Shown here: one piece after another, positions 28,721 to 38,196 of the stretch
Layout: each line of letters starts with the position of its first letter
How positions within the stretch are numbered: the first letter of the stretch is position 1
Virus genome (UHGV): UHGV-0033333
From: a virus
Length of the DNA stretch: 41,497 nt
Reading direction: 5' to 3' (one strand)
Position numbers and translations under genes: made by a program
Notes under the pieces: generated by a model
What the model was told of the DNA's origin: nothing
Seen by the model: the letters and a program-made list of their open reading frames with translations, nothing else
The model's database searches: none

Positions 28721-31141
28721 ATGGCAGTAAAGGCCAAAGCTGAGATAACCATCTCAAGAATTATAGACATTGATAAGACAACACGGTATTACCTATTACA
28801 ATCATCAACTATAGCGGCTCCGTCTAAACCAACAGATGGGGCTGCTATTGGTTCTAACTGGAGTAAGACCGAGCCATCGTATTCGTCAGGGTCCACCAGT
28901 ACATTATATTTTGTTGATCAGACAGTGTATTCCAACGGTGTTATCAAGTATTCTGAAGTATCCAAATCATCAAGCTATGAAGCAGCAAAAGAGGCATGGA
29001 ACAAAGCTAATAGTGCGCAGAATTCAGCCACCAATGCAAATAATAAGATTGATCGAGGATTGAACAGATGGGCAATTCAGCAGTTCCCACAATCAGATCC
29101 GACTAAATCAACGATTGATTTAATAGTTGGATTAAATGCTGTCGGCGCATACGATTATGCAGATTCTGATCTCAACATTTCAAACATGGGGATATTGCTA
29201 GCTGATCATTACATTGGTTATGCAGTGACAAAAGTAAAATTTACAGAAACAGTCGACGTTGATATGTCTTTCATATCTGACGATGGAGCTACCGTGTATT
29301 TAAATGGTGTTCAAGCAGTACATAATGAGGCATATACGTCAACTGCAGAAGCTACAACGTTCGCTTTCAAGAAGGGCTGGAATGTAATAGAAGTAGTATG
29401 GAACGAAGGCGTTGGCGGCGATGGATTTAAATTTACCCCAAGCATATCGTCAAATGAGAAATGTGAACGAATGGATTGCTATTTAGATGTATGCACGGCT
29501 GAGACAGCTTACAAAAAAGTTTCTTCCGTGCTCACCGTTCAGAATGAATATTACCTCTCTTCCTCAGCGACTGCTTTATCTGGCGGGGCATGGTCTACGA
29601 CAGCGCCTACGTGGGTAAATGGAATGTATATGTGGCAGCGAACCGTTAAGGTGGACGGAGCCGGCAATAAGACATATACACCAGATCAAAATGGAGTATG
29701 TATTGCCGGAGCTAAAGGCGAAACGGGAGCTACTGGAGCTCAGGGACCCCAGGGTGTTAAAGGCGAGACTGGAGCTCAGGGACCCCAAGGAGAAAAAGGA
29801 GCTACTGGTGCAACGGGTTCTCAAGGCCCTCAAGGTGAAAAGGGTGCAACGGGAGCAACAGGTCCCCAGGGTCCACAAGGAGAAAAAGGTAGTACTGGTC
29901 CTCAAGGCCCAACCGGACCGCAAGGCCCAACGGGTAACGGCATATCATCTACCGCCATCACATACCAGCTCTGTGCATCTCAGACAACTCCTCCAACAGG
30001 AGAGTGGTTGAGTTCACCGCCCAAAACAGATCTTATTAAGCCATATCTCTGGACTCGAACCGTCATATCCTACACCAATGGGACAAGCTCAACGTCATAC
30101 AGTGTAAGCAGCACGTTCGACAGCCTGCAGATCGGTGGAAAGAATTTGATCCAACAAAGTACCTTTACAACATCTGATGACAATGACAAAAAGAATTGGA
30201 ATTTGTCGTTTGGAAACAACTTTACTGAATGGACATATACCGACCAGGGGTTGCATTTTATTACGAATACAGATGGGGTTGTCGATTCTAATTGTTGTGG
30301 ACCACGTATAAAAAGAAAAACGATGGGATATAAAACTGGTGACACCTTAACATTTTCAGCGGAAGTTAAGGGCACGGTAGGAACGGGCCAACCATTAATG
30401 CAATATTGGGCAACGACCAAAGATTCTAATAATTATTGGAGTAGACGTGTTTTTGGGGAATCGTTGAAGAATGTAAAAATAGATACGTGGACTAGATTAT
30501 CTGTGACAGTCGTATTAGATGATCTTAATAGTGATGACGAATGTGATTATTTCTTTATTGGTGCTGCGTTTAACTCAGATATATATATACGCAATCTCAA
30601 ACTCGAAATCGGCAACATCGCTACAGACTGGACGCCAGCTCCAGAAGATTTCCAGTCCGACCTGTCCAATTTATCCGGGAGAGTCACAGATGCCGAAACC
30701 AATATAAGCAATAACTCTCAGCAGATCCAGCTTCAGGCAACTCAGACAGAGGTATTGGCCGATAACTTGAATGTCTATATGGATAAGACCAACACGTTTA
30801 CTGGTGATGTAAATAGTTGGCGAATGACATGGGAAAAGCTTATTCGTACCGCAGAAGCCGACGTAGCTAACCATCAGGATTACATTACATTTCAAAATGG
30901 AGATATTATCCTTGGGGAATCAGCAAGTAATCTTAAGCTGAAGATTGCAAATGACTCTATTCAGTTCAAAGGCACCGACGATGTTGAAGTAACGCCAGAT
31001 GCAGACGCAACAGCTTGGATCACGGGTCAGAAATTCAATATCAACGAAGGTGAAGTTCATAAAGCGTTCCGGGTAGGACATCTGCAGTTCTTACCAAGAC
31101 CAAATGGAAACTTCGCAATAAGCATTATAGAGGAGGGATGA
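28721..31141 (+). CDS. Tail fibre protein 2: PA14-like domain, collagen-like GXY tract, CBM-like domain
   Basis: [14 protein letters not shown] (PA14-like). About 25 uninterrupted G-X-Y triplets. The YLWTRT...Y.NG module flanks the collagen tract. Confidence 0.7.
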   Translation: MAVKAKAEITISRIIDIDKTTRYYLLQSSTIAAPSKPTDGAAIGSNWSKTEPSYSSGSTSTLYFVDQTVYSNGVIKYSEVSKSSSYEAAKEAWNKANSAQNSATNANNKIDRGLNRWAIQQFPQSDPTKSTIDLIVGLNAVGAYDYADSDLNISNMGILLADHYIGYAVTKVKFTETVDVDMSFISDDGATVYLNGVQAVHNEAYTSTAEATTFAFKKGWNVIEVVWNEGVGGDGFKFTPSISSNEKCERMDCYLDVCTAETAYKKVSSVLTVQNEYYLSSSATALSGGAWSTTAPTWVNGMYMWQRTVKVDGAGNKTYTPDQNGVCIAGAKGETGATGAQGPQGVKGETGAQGPQGEKGATGATGSQGPQGEKGATGATGPQGPQGEKGSTGPQGPTGPQGPTGNGISSTAITYQLCASQTTPPTGEWLSSPPKTDLIKPYLWTRTVISYTNGTSSTSYSVSSTFDSLQIGGKNLIQQSTFTTSDDNDKKNWNLSFGNNFTEWTYTDQGLHFITNTDGVVDSNCCGPRIKRKTMGYKTGDTLTFSAEVKGTVGTGQPLMQYWATTKDSNNYWSRRVFGESLKNVKIDTWTRLSVTVVLDDLNSDDECDYFFIGAAFNSDIYIRNLKLEIGNIATDWTPAPEDFQSDLSNLSGRVTDAETNISNNSQQIQLQATQTEVLADNLNVYMDKTNTFTGDVNSWRMTWEKLIRTAEADVANHQDYITFQNGDIILGESASNLKLKIANDSIQFKGTDDVEVTPDADATAWITGQKFNINEGEVHKAFRVGHLQFLPRPNGNFAISIIEEG
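29706..29940 (+). repeat. Collagen-like tandem nucleotide repeats (GXY tract) inside fibre gene 2
   Basis: Repeating ggagctactgg / caaggccc units encoding [16 protein letters not shown]...[10 protein letters not shown]. Confidence 0.8.
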
Positions 31142-31142
31142 T

Positions 31143-32810
31143 ATGGCTACAGGATATTATCGAATTTATTCATATGAACTCAAGTTGACAACGGACAAAG
31201 TGACAACGATTCAAGTAAAAGCAGAAGGTGATGTAACTGGGTTGTATCCAATGCTGATTTATTCTATAGGCGATTCAGAATATAATCTTTGTGATGCTAC
31301 TCTCGTCGGACTTGCAACTGGTTCAACTGACGTGTATGAATATGAATGGACACCACCTACTACTGAAATAGCAGGATATATTCCGTCATCTGAATCTTCT
31401 ACGATTACATTTGGTGTCAATACTCACCGTCGGGGTGAGAGTGCGGTTGTTAAAACTCTGAAAAACTACACGGGTGCTTCTATAACAGTGAATCAATCAC
31501 TCAAGCCGACAATAGATGCCGGGCTCACAAAAACACATGATTTTCTCAGCGAAAGTGTATCTAAAATAACAGATCATAATATCACAATTGAGTTGTCATG
31601 CTTATTTGGAGCATCACAAGATATCGAAATAAGAACTGATGGCAATTTTAATTTTGGAGCACATGTACCAGCGTTTTATACAAAAACTAAAAAGATATCT
31701 GCAGCTTTGGGGAGATTTGATTCTGGCGATGCTGATTCAAAAAAAATCGAAGTGGATATAATTGTCACTGATTCGAGAGGGCGAAGATCGTCAAAATCTC
31801 TTTTTATAACTGTTTATAAATATAATCCACCAGAGATAACAACAGCTATCGTTACCAGAAACGAAAATGAACAACCTTCACTGGAATTTGCTTGTAAGTA
31901 TCAGTCGTCTGTGGCAGGATCAACGAATAACCTAAAGTTTTTCTACATTAGATGTCTCAATGATGACCCAGATTACAATACAGATCTTATTGGCAAAGCA
32001 TCGCCGCAAGAACTGGCAGGGACTTATGACATCACAAAAACTTATAAGTTTGAGGTGTGCGTCAAGGATTCCGTGGCCATAGTGACTACTTATAAAGAAT
32101 TAGTCTTACCCAGTGAAAAGCTTGCTATGGACATCGGGGCTGATGGTAAGACAGTTACCTTCTTTGGCACATCACCAAGTTCGTCCGATAAAGAGGCTCT
32201 GAGAATAGGTGATTTTGCTTCATTTGCAGCTGACAAATCTGAGTTGACGAAAGAGTTGTATATGAAGAATCGGATATACACAAATTATTCTATTTGGGGA
32301 TTAAAGCCAAGTAGTAACGAATGGATTGCAACATTTGAACCTCAATCAGCTGGCGGTAATACTGTAGTTGGTTGGGGTAATTATGATAAAGGTTCTGGGG
32401 ATACCAATGTATATGGCAATCGGGTCTTTTTGTACGCAAAAGAAGCAAAAGGTCTTGGATTTATACCATATTATAAACCAGGAGATTCATTCAGTATTGA
32501 CATGTTTACTTCAGGTTTTATTACAAATTCTGGCACTGAGTTATGGTTTACAGTTCCATTGGATAAACCTTTGCTTGGTGTAACATCAGTAAGCGTCACA
32601 ACGGGTAACGGCTTTCAGGTGAGACAGAATAACAAGTATCTATATGGAAGTTCCGCTGGAGCTTGTGCAAAACCAAAAGCATACACAAATACAAGTTTAA
32701 TCCCAGGAAAAATTGGAATAAATGTATGTGGTGTGTTTGGAAATACGACTAATGTCGTAAATAACAGCTCATGCGGCATCAGAGCTATGATAACGATCAA
32801 ATTCTCATAA
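31143..32810 (+). CDS. Tail fibre/receptor-binding accessory protein 3 (555 aa)
   Basis: ATGATATGG overlap with fibre 2; beta-rich with no enzymatic motif seen. Confidence 0.45.
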   Translation: MATGYYRIYSYELKLTTDKVTTIQVKAEGDVTGLYPMLIYSIGDSEYNLCDATLVGLATGSTDVYEYEWTPPTTEIAGYIPSSESSTITFGVNTHRRGESAVVKTLKNYTGASITVNQSLKPTIDAGLTKTHDFLSESVSKITDHNITIELSCLFGASQDIEIRTDGNFNFGAHVPAFYTKTKKISAALGRFDSGDADSKKIEVDIIVTDSRGRRSSKSLFITVYKYNPPEITTAIVTRNENEQPSLEFACKYQSSVAGSTNNLKFFYIRCLNDDPDYNTDLIGKASPQELAGTYDITKTYKFEVCVKDSVAIVTTYKELVLPSEKLAMDIGADGKTVTFFGTSPSSSDKEALRIGDFASFAADKSELTKELYMKNRIYTNYSIWGLKPSSNEWIATFEPQSAGGNTVVGWGNYDKGSGDTNVYGNRVFLYAKEAKGLGFIPYYKPGDSFSIDMFTSGFITNSGTELWFTVPLDKPLLGVTSVSVTTGNGFQVRQNNKYLYGSSAGACAKPKAYTNTSLIPGKIGINVCGVFGNTTNVVNNSSCGIRAMITIKFS

Positions 32811-32822
32811 GGAGGAATCAAA

Positions 32823-33089
32823 ATGGCATTATCTAAAACGATAATTCAGAATGATGGTGTTCCGACCAATTATCATCGGATATTTTTCATTCAGCAGACA
32901 GTTAACCAGCAGACATCTATTGCTGTGTTATCTTATGTAAGTGAAGAAAACCGGATAGAAGATCTGGATAAAATGATTTACAAAAAAGCAACTACATACG
33001 AAATTCCTTACGATGAAACAATGACGACAGAAAAAGCATATGAATATCTTAAAACACTTCCTGAATTCGAAGGCGCAGAAGATATATAA
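32823..33089 (+). CDS. Hypothetical 88-aa protein (fibre-associated?)
   Basis: RBS AAGGAGGAATCAAA. Confidence 0.4.
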   Translation: MALSKTIIQNDGVPTNYHRIFFIQQTVNQQTSIAVLSYVSEENRIEDLDKMIYKKATTYEIPYDETMTTEKAYEYLKTLPEFEGAEDI

Positions 33090-33137
33090 TTTGCGCCGGC
33101 GCAACAGAGGGGAGGTGAAATATTGAAAGAAATACTT

Positions 33138-33437
33138 ATGCAGACCTACACCATTGTCCTGCCTATAATCCTGGGGTATATCGTCTGGCTTCTGAAGAAC
33201 CAGAAAAAGGACCGGGACGCAAACAGCAAGGGAACCATGCTCCTGCTTCGTGTACAGCTGATCGAATATCACACAAAGTACATGAAAGAAGGGAGTATCC
33301 CATCGTATGCCTATGAGAACTTTAATGAGATGTACCAGGCATATCATGAGCTGGGCGGGAATAGTATGGTGACAAAAATGAAAAAAGAAATTGATGAATT
33401 GCATTTAAAGAAAAAGGAGAATGACCATGGATATTAA
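33138..33437 (+). CDS. N-terminally membrane-anchored protein preceding the holin
   Basis: One TM helix (IVLPIILGYIVWLL) then a soluble domain. Confidence 0.4.
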   Translation: MQTYTIVLPIILGYIVWLLKNQKKDRDANSKGTMLLLRVQLIEYHTKYMKEGSIPSYAYENFNEMYQAYHELGGNSMVTKMKKEIDELHLKKKENDHGY

Positions 33438-33759
33438 TGTAATGATGCAGTATGTAACCTATGGACTGGCACTGATCGGCGTGCTTGCCTTCCTGGTATC
33501 AGTTATTGTGCAGGTGATCAAAGAGATGCCGGGGCTTAAGAAAATCCCCACAAGTGTTGTGGCACTTGTTACATCATTGATCCTGTGCCCTGTAACGCTG
33601 GCGTTTCTGTGCGCATATTATAAAGTATCAATCACAGACTATTATATTTTTGCTTCTTTCGTTGCCGCATTTATTGTATATCTGGTTTCGACAGGCGGCT
33701 GGGAGAAGGTAAAATCCATCTGGGACAGAACAAAGTATAAAGATTCTGAGGGCGAGTGA
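33421..33759 (+). CDS. Holin (3 TM, charged C-terminus)
   Basis: TM segments at about residues 13-35, 44-66 and 75-97; C-terminus KVKSIWDRTKYKDSEGE. Directly upstream of the endolysin. Confidence 0.6.
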   Translation: MTMDINVMMQYVTYGLALIGVLAFLVSVIVQVIKEMPGLKKIPTSVVALVTSLILCPVTLAFLCAYYKVSITDYYIFASFVAAFIVYLVSTGGWEKVKSIWDRTKYKDSEGE

Positions 33760-33794
33760 TCGTCCTCTTTTTTTGATTCTTAGGAGGGATTCTC

Positions 33795-35216
33795 ATGGAA
33801 ATCAAAGGCATTGATGTTTCTGCATGGCAGAAAAAGATTGACTGGAAAAAAGTGGCGGCCTATGGAATGGATTTTGCCATTATCCGGATCACGGAAGCGG
33901 GAAATGTGATCGACCCGTATTTTGAAGCTAACTACAAAGGCTGCATGGAAAATAAAATTCCTGTTGGCGTGTACCGGTATTCTTATGCAATGAACATAGC
34001 GGAGATACAGAGTGAAGCAAGGAAAATCGTCAGCATTCTGAATGGACGGAAGATCCAGTATCCGGTGTTCCTGGACCTGGAATATAATTCACAGCGCCGC
34101 CTTGGGACTGAGAGTATCCACAAGATGGCTGAGGCTTTCCGGGAGATCATTGTGGCAGCAGGCTATGAATTCGGAATTTATTGCAATGTGGACTGGTATA
34201 ACACAGTGATCTGTTCTCATCTGAAAAAATATGATTTCTGGATCGCCCGCTATCCCGCTAATGACAAGGGAGTTCTGGTGGAACGGCTCCGGCCGGATTT
34301 CGGAATTGGCTGGCAGTACAGCGGTAAGGCCGTGATCCCGGGTATTTCCGGAAAAGTAGACAGGAATGTGTTTTATAAGGATTACAGCAAAACAGAACCG
34401 AAGAAGGAGGAAACTACGATGGATAAGTTAAAAGAATTCACAGACCTTGGGGATTATTATGCCGGTGAAACGACAGGTATCCCATATCTGGAAAAGAAAT
34501 CAGCGGCATATCTGGACGATTTCCAGAAGAATGCCGGTTACAAAAATTATACAAAATTTGCCCGTGATGTAAACTCCTGGGGACAGCCGGGGTGTCAGGG
34601 GCAGCCATGGTGTGCCGTATACCAGTTCTGGAAACTGGTAAAAGTATTTGGCCTTGCAAAAGCCCTCCAGATCATGGGCGGTGGTTTCTACAACTGCCAG
34701 AGTGTTACACGACATGCACAGACAAAAGGGACCTGGAAGAAAACACCGAAGAAAGGTGCACTGATCATCTTCCGGAACGGCGCACATATTGGTTCTGTGC
34801 GGAAATTTGACACTACTTACGTATACACCAACGAAGGAAATACTTCCAGTGCTTCCGGAGTGATCGCCAACGGTGGCTCCTGCAGGAATAAGAAGTACAA
34901 ACTGACTTCAAGAGACATTGACGGTTATGTATGGATTGATTATGGAACGGGAACAGATCAGAAATCTACAGAGACAGCGAAGACTCTGAGTAAGACACCG
35001 AATTGGGTAGGAAAAGTCACCGCAACAGAACTGAATGTCCGTTCCTGGGCGGGCAAAGAGAATCCAACCATCAAGAAGTGGCCGCTTCTGAAGAAAGGAA
35101 ATCTGGTGGACGTGTGTGACATCATTAAAGCCGCAAACGGATCCGGTTGGTACTATATCCGGATTGCCGGTAAGTACTATGGATTTGTAGCAGCAACGTA
35201 TATCAAAAAACAGTAA
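33795..35216 (+). CDS. Endolysin: GH25 muramidase + CHAP/NlpC-like domain + SH3b
   Basis: GIDVSAWQKKIDWKKV...FAIIRITEAG (GH25). QPWCAVYQ...GALIIFRNGAHIGSV (Cys/His). C-terminal WYYIRIAGKYYGFVAATYI (SH3b). Confidence 0.8.
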   Translation: MEIKGIDVSAWQKKIDWKKVAAYGMDFAIIRITEAGNVIDPYFEANYKGCMENKIPVGVYRYSYAMNIAEIQSEARKIVSILNGRKIQYPVFLDLEYNSQRRLGTESIHKMAEAFREIIVAAGYEFGIYCNVDWYNTVICSHLKKYDFWIARYPANDKGVLVERLRPDFGIGWQYSGKAVIPGISGKVDRNVFYKDYSKTEPKKEETTMDKLKEFTDLGDYYAGETTGIPYLEKKSAAYLDDFQKNAGYKNYTKFARDVNSWGQPGCQGQPWCAVYQFWKLVKVFGLAKALQIMGGGFYNCQSVTRHAQTKGTWKKTPKKGALIIFRNGAHIGSVRKFDTTYVYTNEGNTSSASGVIANGGSCRNKKYKLTSRDIDGYVWIDYGTGTDQKSTETAKTLSKTPNWVGKVTATELNVRSWAGKENPTIKKWPLLKKGNLVDVCDIIKAANGSGWYYIRIAGKYYGFVAATYIKKQ

Positions 35217-35227
35217 TAAACGGAACA

Positions 35228-35262
35228 AAAACCCCCGGAAGTCTCGCACACTTCCGGGGGGT
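35228..35262. terminator. Bidirectional intrinsic terminator CCCCCGGAAGTctcgcacACTTCCGGGGG
   Basis: 11-bp GC-rich stem; A5 upstream and T-containing tail downstream (T5 on the minus strand). Confidence 0.55.
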
Positions 35263-35306
35263 TGCTTTGCTCATGATAAATATAATTTCTTTCTTTAGCT
35301 GTTTTC

Positions 35307-35335
35307 AGCATATGCTATTAAATCCGAAAAGTCAA
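35307..35335 (-). promoter_or_regulatory. Minus-strand promoter TTGACT-17-TATGCT of the GAAAGTCAA family; would give a ~75-nt transcript ending at the 35228-35262 terminator
   Basis: AGTCAA at 35330-35335 and agcata at 35307-35312 on the + strand. Shares AAAAGTCAACCAGA with cassette D. Confidence 0.3.
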
Positions 35336-35357
35336 CCAGATTTTTGGATAAAAAATA

Positions 35358-35386
35358 TATGACACCCTCATAAACTATGGTATAAT
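35358..35386 (+). promoter_or_regulatory. Extended -10 promoter (TGgTATAAT, 35378-35386) for the small peptide gene
   Basis: TG at 35378-35379, TATAAT at 35381-35386; TGACAC 15 nt upstream. Confidence 0.4.
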
Positions 35387-35411
35387 ACAGGACAATAAGC
35401 CCGGAGGTGAA

Positions 35412-35498
35412 ATGATGAAATATGTAGGATTATTTTTCATTATATTAGCTGGCAATATTGTAGCACATTATATCTGTAAATGGATTGATAAAAAGTAA
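35412..35498 (+). CDS. 28-aa hydrophobic peptide (MMKYVGLFFIILAGNIVAHYICKWIDKK), type I toxin-like architecture
   Basis: RBS GGAGGTGAAATG. Own promoter. Stem-loop CCCCGGCAGgtacccatCTGCCGGGG and T6 follow (35505-35550). Confidence 0.35.
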   Translation: MMKYVGLFFIILAGNIVAHYICKWIDKK

Positions 35499-35547
35499 AA
35501 AACTCCCCGGCAGGTACCCATCTGCCGGGGATATTGTATCACCTTTT

Positions 35548-35827
35548 TTGTCTACCATTTGTCTACCGTAGACAGAAATTCATATAATATAACAGGAAAT
35601 CACAGAACACGAAAACAAACATAAAACACCGATAAATGTTGATTTTAAAGCATTTTTAGGGTACAATAAAAAACCGTAGAATGCATAAAATTAACAAAAA
35701 CCTTTAAATGAAGTACATGGAAACGCTTGAATACTGATGCCGTATTTTAGCGGAATACAGGCATTTCGGACAATTAAATAATGAGGTTTGTCTACAAATT
35801 GTCTACCGTTTTTTCAGCGGTAGACAA
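35548..35827. other. Candidate attP: two clusters of TTGTCTACC integrase-type repeats flanking an AT-rich core
   Basis: TTGTCTACC at 35548-35556, 35559-35567 (with palindrome TGTCTACcGTAGACA), 35788-35796 (TTGTCTACA) and 35799-35807, plus inverted copy CGGTAGACAA at 35818-35827 overlapping the int stop. Confidence 0.45.
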
Positions 35828-37040
35828 TTTTTGCTGTAGCTGCTTCAAAAAGTTCCACTGCCTGGTTCTGCATTTTCTCCGTATTGGTTATGTAACGTTC
35901 GATGGTTGTCTTGATATTCTTATGGCCCAGGCGCTCCATGATTGCCTTAGGAGAAGCTCCGCTTTCTGCCAGAATAGTTCCATGTGTATGTCTCAGACAG
36001 TGTGCATGGAAATTTTCATAACCAAGCTTTTTCTTTATAATCCGGACACAATATTTCATGCTTTCATTATTTAACATTTCTCCATTTTCTTTTGCGATAG
36101 GCCATACTTCCGTATATCCTTCAGGAGCATTCTGATTAGCAGGAAGCCAGTGCAGATAAGATCTCTGGTCCACGTAAGTCTTTGTGTAATATTCTCCATA
36201 ACGTAACCGGTTCATTTTCATAACAGTAAGCTCTGACTTCAATAAGGATTCCAGAGTAGCACCGATTTTGATGGTGCGGAAGGAATCATATTTGGGGTTC
36301 TTGTAATACCATTTCTTATCCAGGTCTTTCTGCAGCTGTCTCTTTACTGAAAGAGTATGATTTTTAAAATCAATGTCGTGCATCAGATCAAGACCAAAAC
36401 ATTCCCCGATCCGCAGTCCGGTATAATAACAGATCATCAGAGGTAGATAGTAGTGCGTGCCATTAAAATGATTACGGATATCCTCCCACTCTTTTCCTAC
36501 ACAGACATATTCCATATGCGCCTTTGTTTCCGGATTAACCGCAACCTTTGGTACTAGGGTGAGTGAGCAGGGATTAGTCTTCAGGTACTGACAGGGATAT
36601 ATGGCGTATTTCAACGCACCGGACAAAATGCCACGGAAGTTAGCCATGCTCTGTGCAGAGAGGTCTTTTTCGTTCTTGAGACTGTCAATCCATTGCTGAA
36701 TGGCAGCAGGCGTAAGTGAGGCAAGCTTATAATGTCCAAGAGCCGGTTTGATATGTAGCTTGATAGCCGATTCATAGGCATCATAGGTATTGTCTGTACA
36801 GTTGGTTTTTACATAGCTCTGCATCCAGAAATCCAGATAATCAGACAGCGACATCTCAGATGGCCGAAACACAGTTCCTGCATTGTCATATTCAGCCTTT
36901 GCTTTAGTTCCTGCAGCAATAGCATCTGCCTTTGTCCGGAAGCCTCCTTTTGAAATAGATTTCCGTTTCCCGTCTACTCTGGCACATTCAAAACTGTATT
37001 CCCATGATTTTCCACGTTTTTTGGTTCTTAATTCGCCCAT
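35814..37040 (-). CDS. int: Tyrosine integrase
   Basis: HCLRHTHGT...LGHKNIKTTIERYIT catalytic region. RBS AAGGAAGGTGA precedes ATG at 37040 (MGELRTKKRGKSWEY...). Confidence 0.85.
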   Translation of the reverse strand: MGELRTKKRGKSWEYSFECARVDGKRKSISKGGFRTKADAIAAGTKAKAEYDNAGTVFRPSEMSLSDYLDFWMQSYVKTNCTDNTYDAYESAIKLHIKPALGHYKLASLTPAAIQQWIDSLKNEKDLSAQSMANFRGILSGALKYAIYPCQYLKTNPCSLTLVPKVAVNPETKAHMEYVCVGKEWEDIRNHFNGTHYYLPLMICYYTGLRIGECFGLDLMHDIDFKNHTLSVKRQLQKDLDKKWYYKNPKYDSFRTIKIGATLESLLKSELTVMKMNRLRYGEYYTKTYVDQRSYLHWLPANQNAPEGYTEVWPIAKENGEMLNNESMKYCVRIIKKKLGYENFHAHCLRHTHGTILAESGASPKAIMERLGHKNIKTTIERYITNTEKMQNQAVELFEAATAKIVYR

Positions 37041-37204
37041 AATATCACCTTCCTTTTTAAAATTGGGTACAAAAATAACAGCCACACAGATGTTCTGGTT
37101 GTGCGTCTGCTCCGAAGATGATACAATAATTCTTGCAAAATGAGCATCTCTTCGGAGATCTGAATCGTCCTGGTGCGCCAACACTGGGGCGATTTTTTAT
37201 AAGT

Positions 37205-37241
37205 GAAATAAAAAAGGTGCTGCCATAATGACAACACCTTT
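37205..37241 (-). terminator. Minus-strand intrinsic terminator (AAAGGTG...CACCTTT + T-run) between the immunity operon and int
   Basis: 7-bp stem; minus strand reads CACCTTTTTTATTT. Confidence 0.45.
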
Positions 37242-37249
37242 AGAAATAA

Positions 37250-37334
37250 CCTAAGTAACAAGATGGGCGGCGTATCCATCATCTCAGGTACTCTTGCGAG
37301 TGTGTCGGGAGCCTTTCCGACCTTTGTTACTTAG
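37250..37334 (-). other. 85-nt structured element: 11/12-bp closing stem (CCTAAGTAACAA / TTGTTACTTAG) enclosing internal hairpins
   Basis: Inner hairpin GTCGGgagcctttCCGAC; starts right after the stop of ORF 37338..37520. Confidence 0.35.
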
Positions 37335-37337
37335 ATA

Positions 37338-37758
37338 TTAATCTATGCCATCATTATAAGAAAATATTCTCTGTTTGTCAAATTTTTTTAACCGACCATT
37401 TTCTATTCCATGCTGTAGTTTTCCGGGCGTAATAGTGTGTAGAGTGGCAACGTAGAGATAATCTGCGGCTATGTCAAGCTTTATTCCTATTTGTACATTT
37501 TCACTCATTATCTTAACCAATTCAAAAACTTGTTCCTTTTTCGTTTGGATTCACACCGATATAATCGGGATCTTCAACAATAGAAGACAGAAAAGATAAA
37601 TACGGGAGACATTCAGGGTGTCTTTTCTCAATGTGCTTCTGCAAACCTTCTGACTGATAAATGAAATCATGATTCAAAGGCGTTGGAAGATAATTATTAA
37701 ATTGTGGATTGAATGGAGCGGCTATAAATACTTTTGATTTCATTTTTATTCCCAGCAA
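37338..37758 (-). pseudogene. Two adjacent small ORFs (78 aa and 60 aa) offset by 1 nt: possible frameshifted single gene or recoding site
   Basis: TGA at 37522-37524 is followed by in-line ORF 37338..37520, which starts only at TTG with no RBS. Upstream part contains HIEKRHPE. Confidence 0.25.
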
Positions 37759-38196
37759 TTAGTCTGATAATTTGAGTTGCAAAAGTTTCTGGTGATATCC
37801 AGTCATTCTGGATATCTGTTCAATAGTAAATTCTCTGTATTCCTCAAAGAATGAATCAGGAAGCAGTAATTCCATAGCAAATTTGTTGGCTTCGATTTCC
37901 TTCTTGGAATTTAACAAAAGTGTTTTGTTACGGATAAAATAACAATTTTCCTTCCGGTGCAGGATAGCATGTCCGAGTTCATGAGCCATGACCAGACGCA
38001 TCTCATGTTCCGGAAGATTCTGATTGATAAATATGTAGCGGTGATTTTTCAGGAACATATAACAGCCTTCAAATTGCAGATCACATATCTGGTATAAAAC
38101 ACCAAGCTGATCAGCAATAGCAAAAGGATCTGATGTTCCTGTTTTTCTTTTGTAGTAAGAAACAATCTTCTTGATATTACGATTCAAGTAATTCAC
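37759..38196 (-). CDS. ImmA/IrrE-family metallopeptidase (anti-repressor protease)
   Basis: HELGHAILH (HEXXH) motif; directly downstream of the XRE repressor. Confidence 0.8.
   Translation of the reverse strand: MNYLNRNIKKIVSYYKRKTGTSDPFAIADQLGVLYQICDLQFEGCYMFLKNHRYIFINQNLPEHEMRLVMAHELGHAILHRKENCYFIRNKTLLLNSKKEIEANKFAMELLLPDSFFEEYREFTIEQISRMTGYHQKLLQLKLSD

Noticed and set aside
29706-29940. Regular short tandem repeats that could be mistaken for a CRISPR-like array
   Set aside because: They are 9-bp-phased GXY collagen codons inside an open reading frame, with no spacer/repeat structure and no leader or cas genes.
25352-32810. Diversity-generating retroelement targeting the fibre genes
   Set aside because: No reverse transcriptase gene and no template/variable repeat pair with adenine-specific differences. 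The RNase H-like protein is a stand-alone domain without RT motifs.
37250-37334. Possible tRNA or tmRNA near the integrase
   Set aside because: No cloverleaf: a 12-bp closing stem, no T-loop (GTTCGA) or anticodon-arm geometry, and wrong length.
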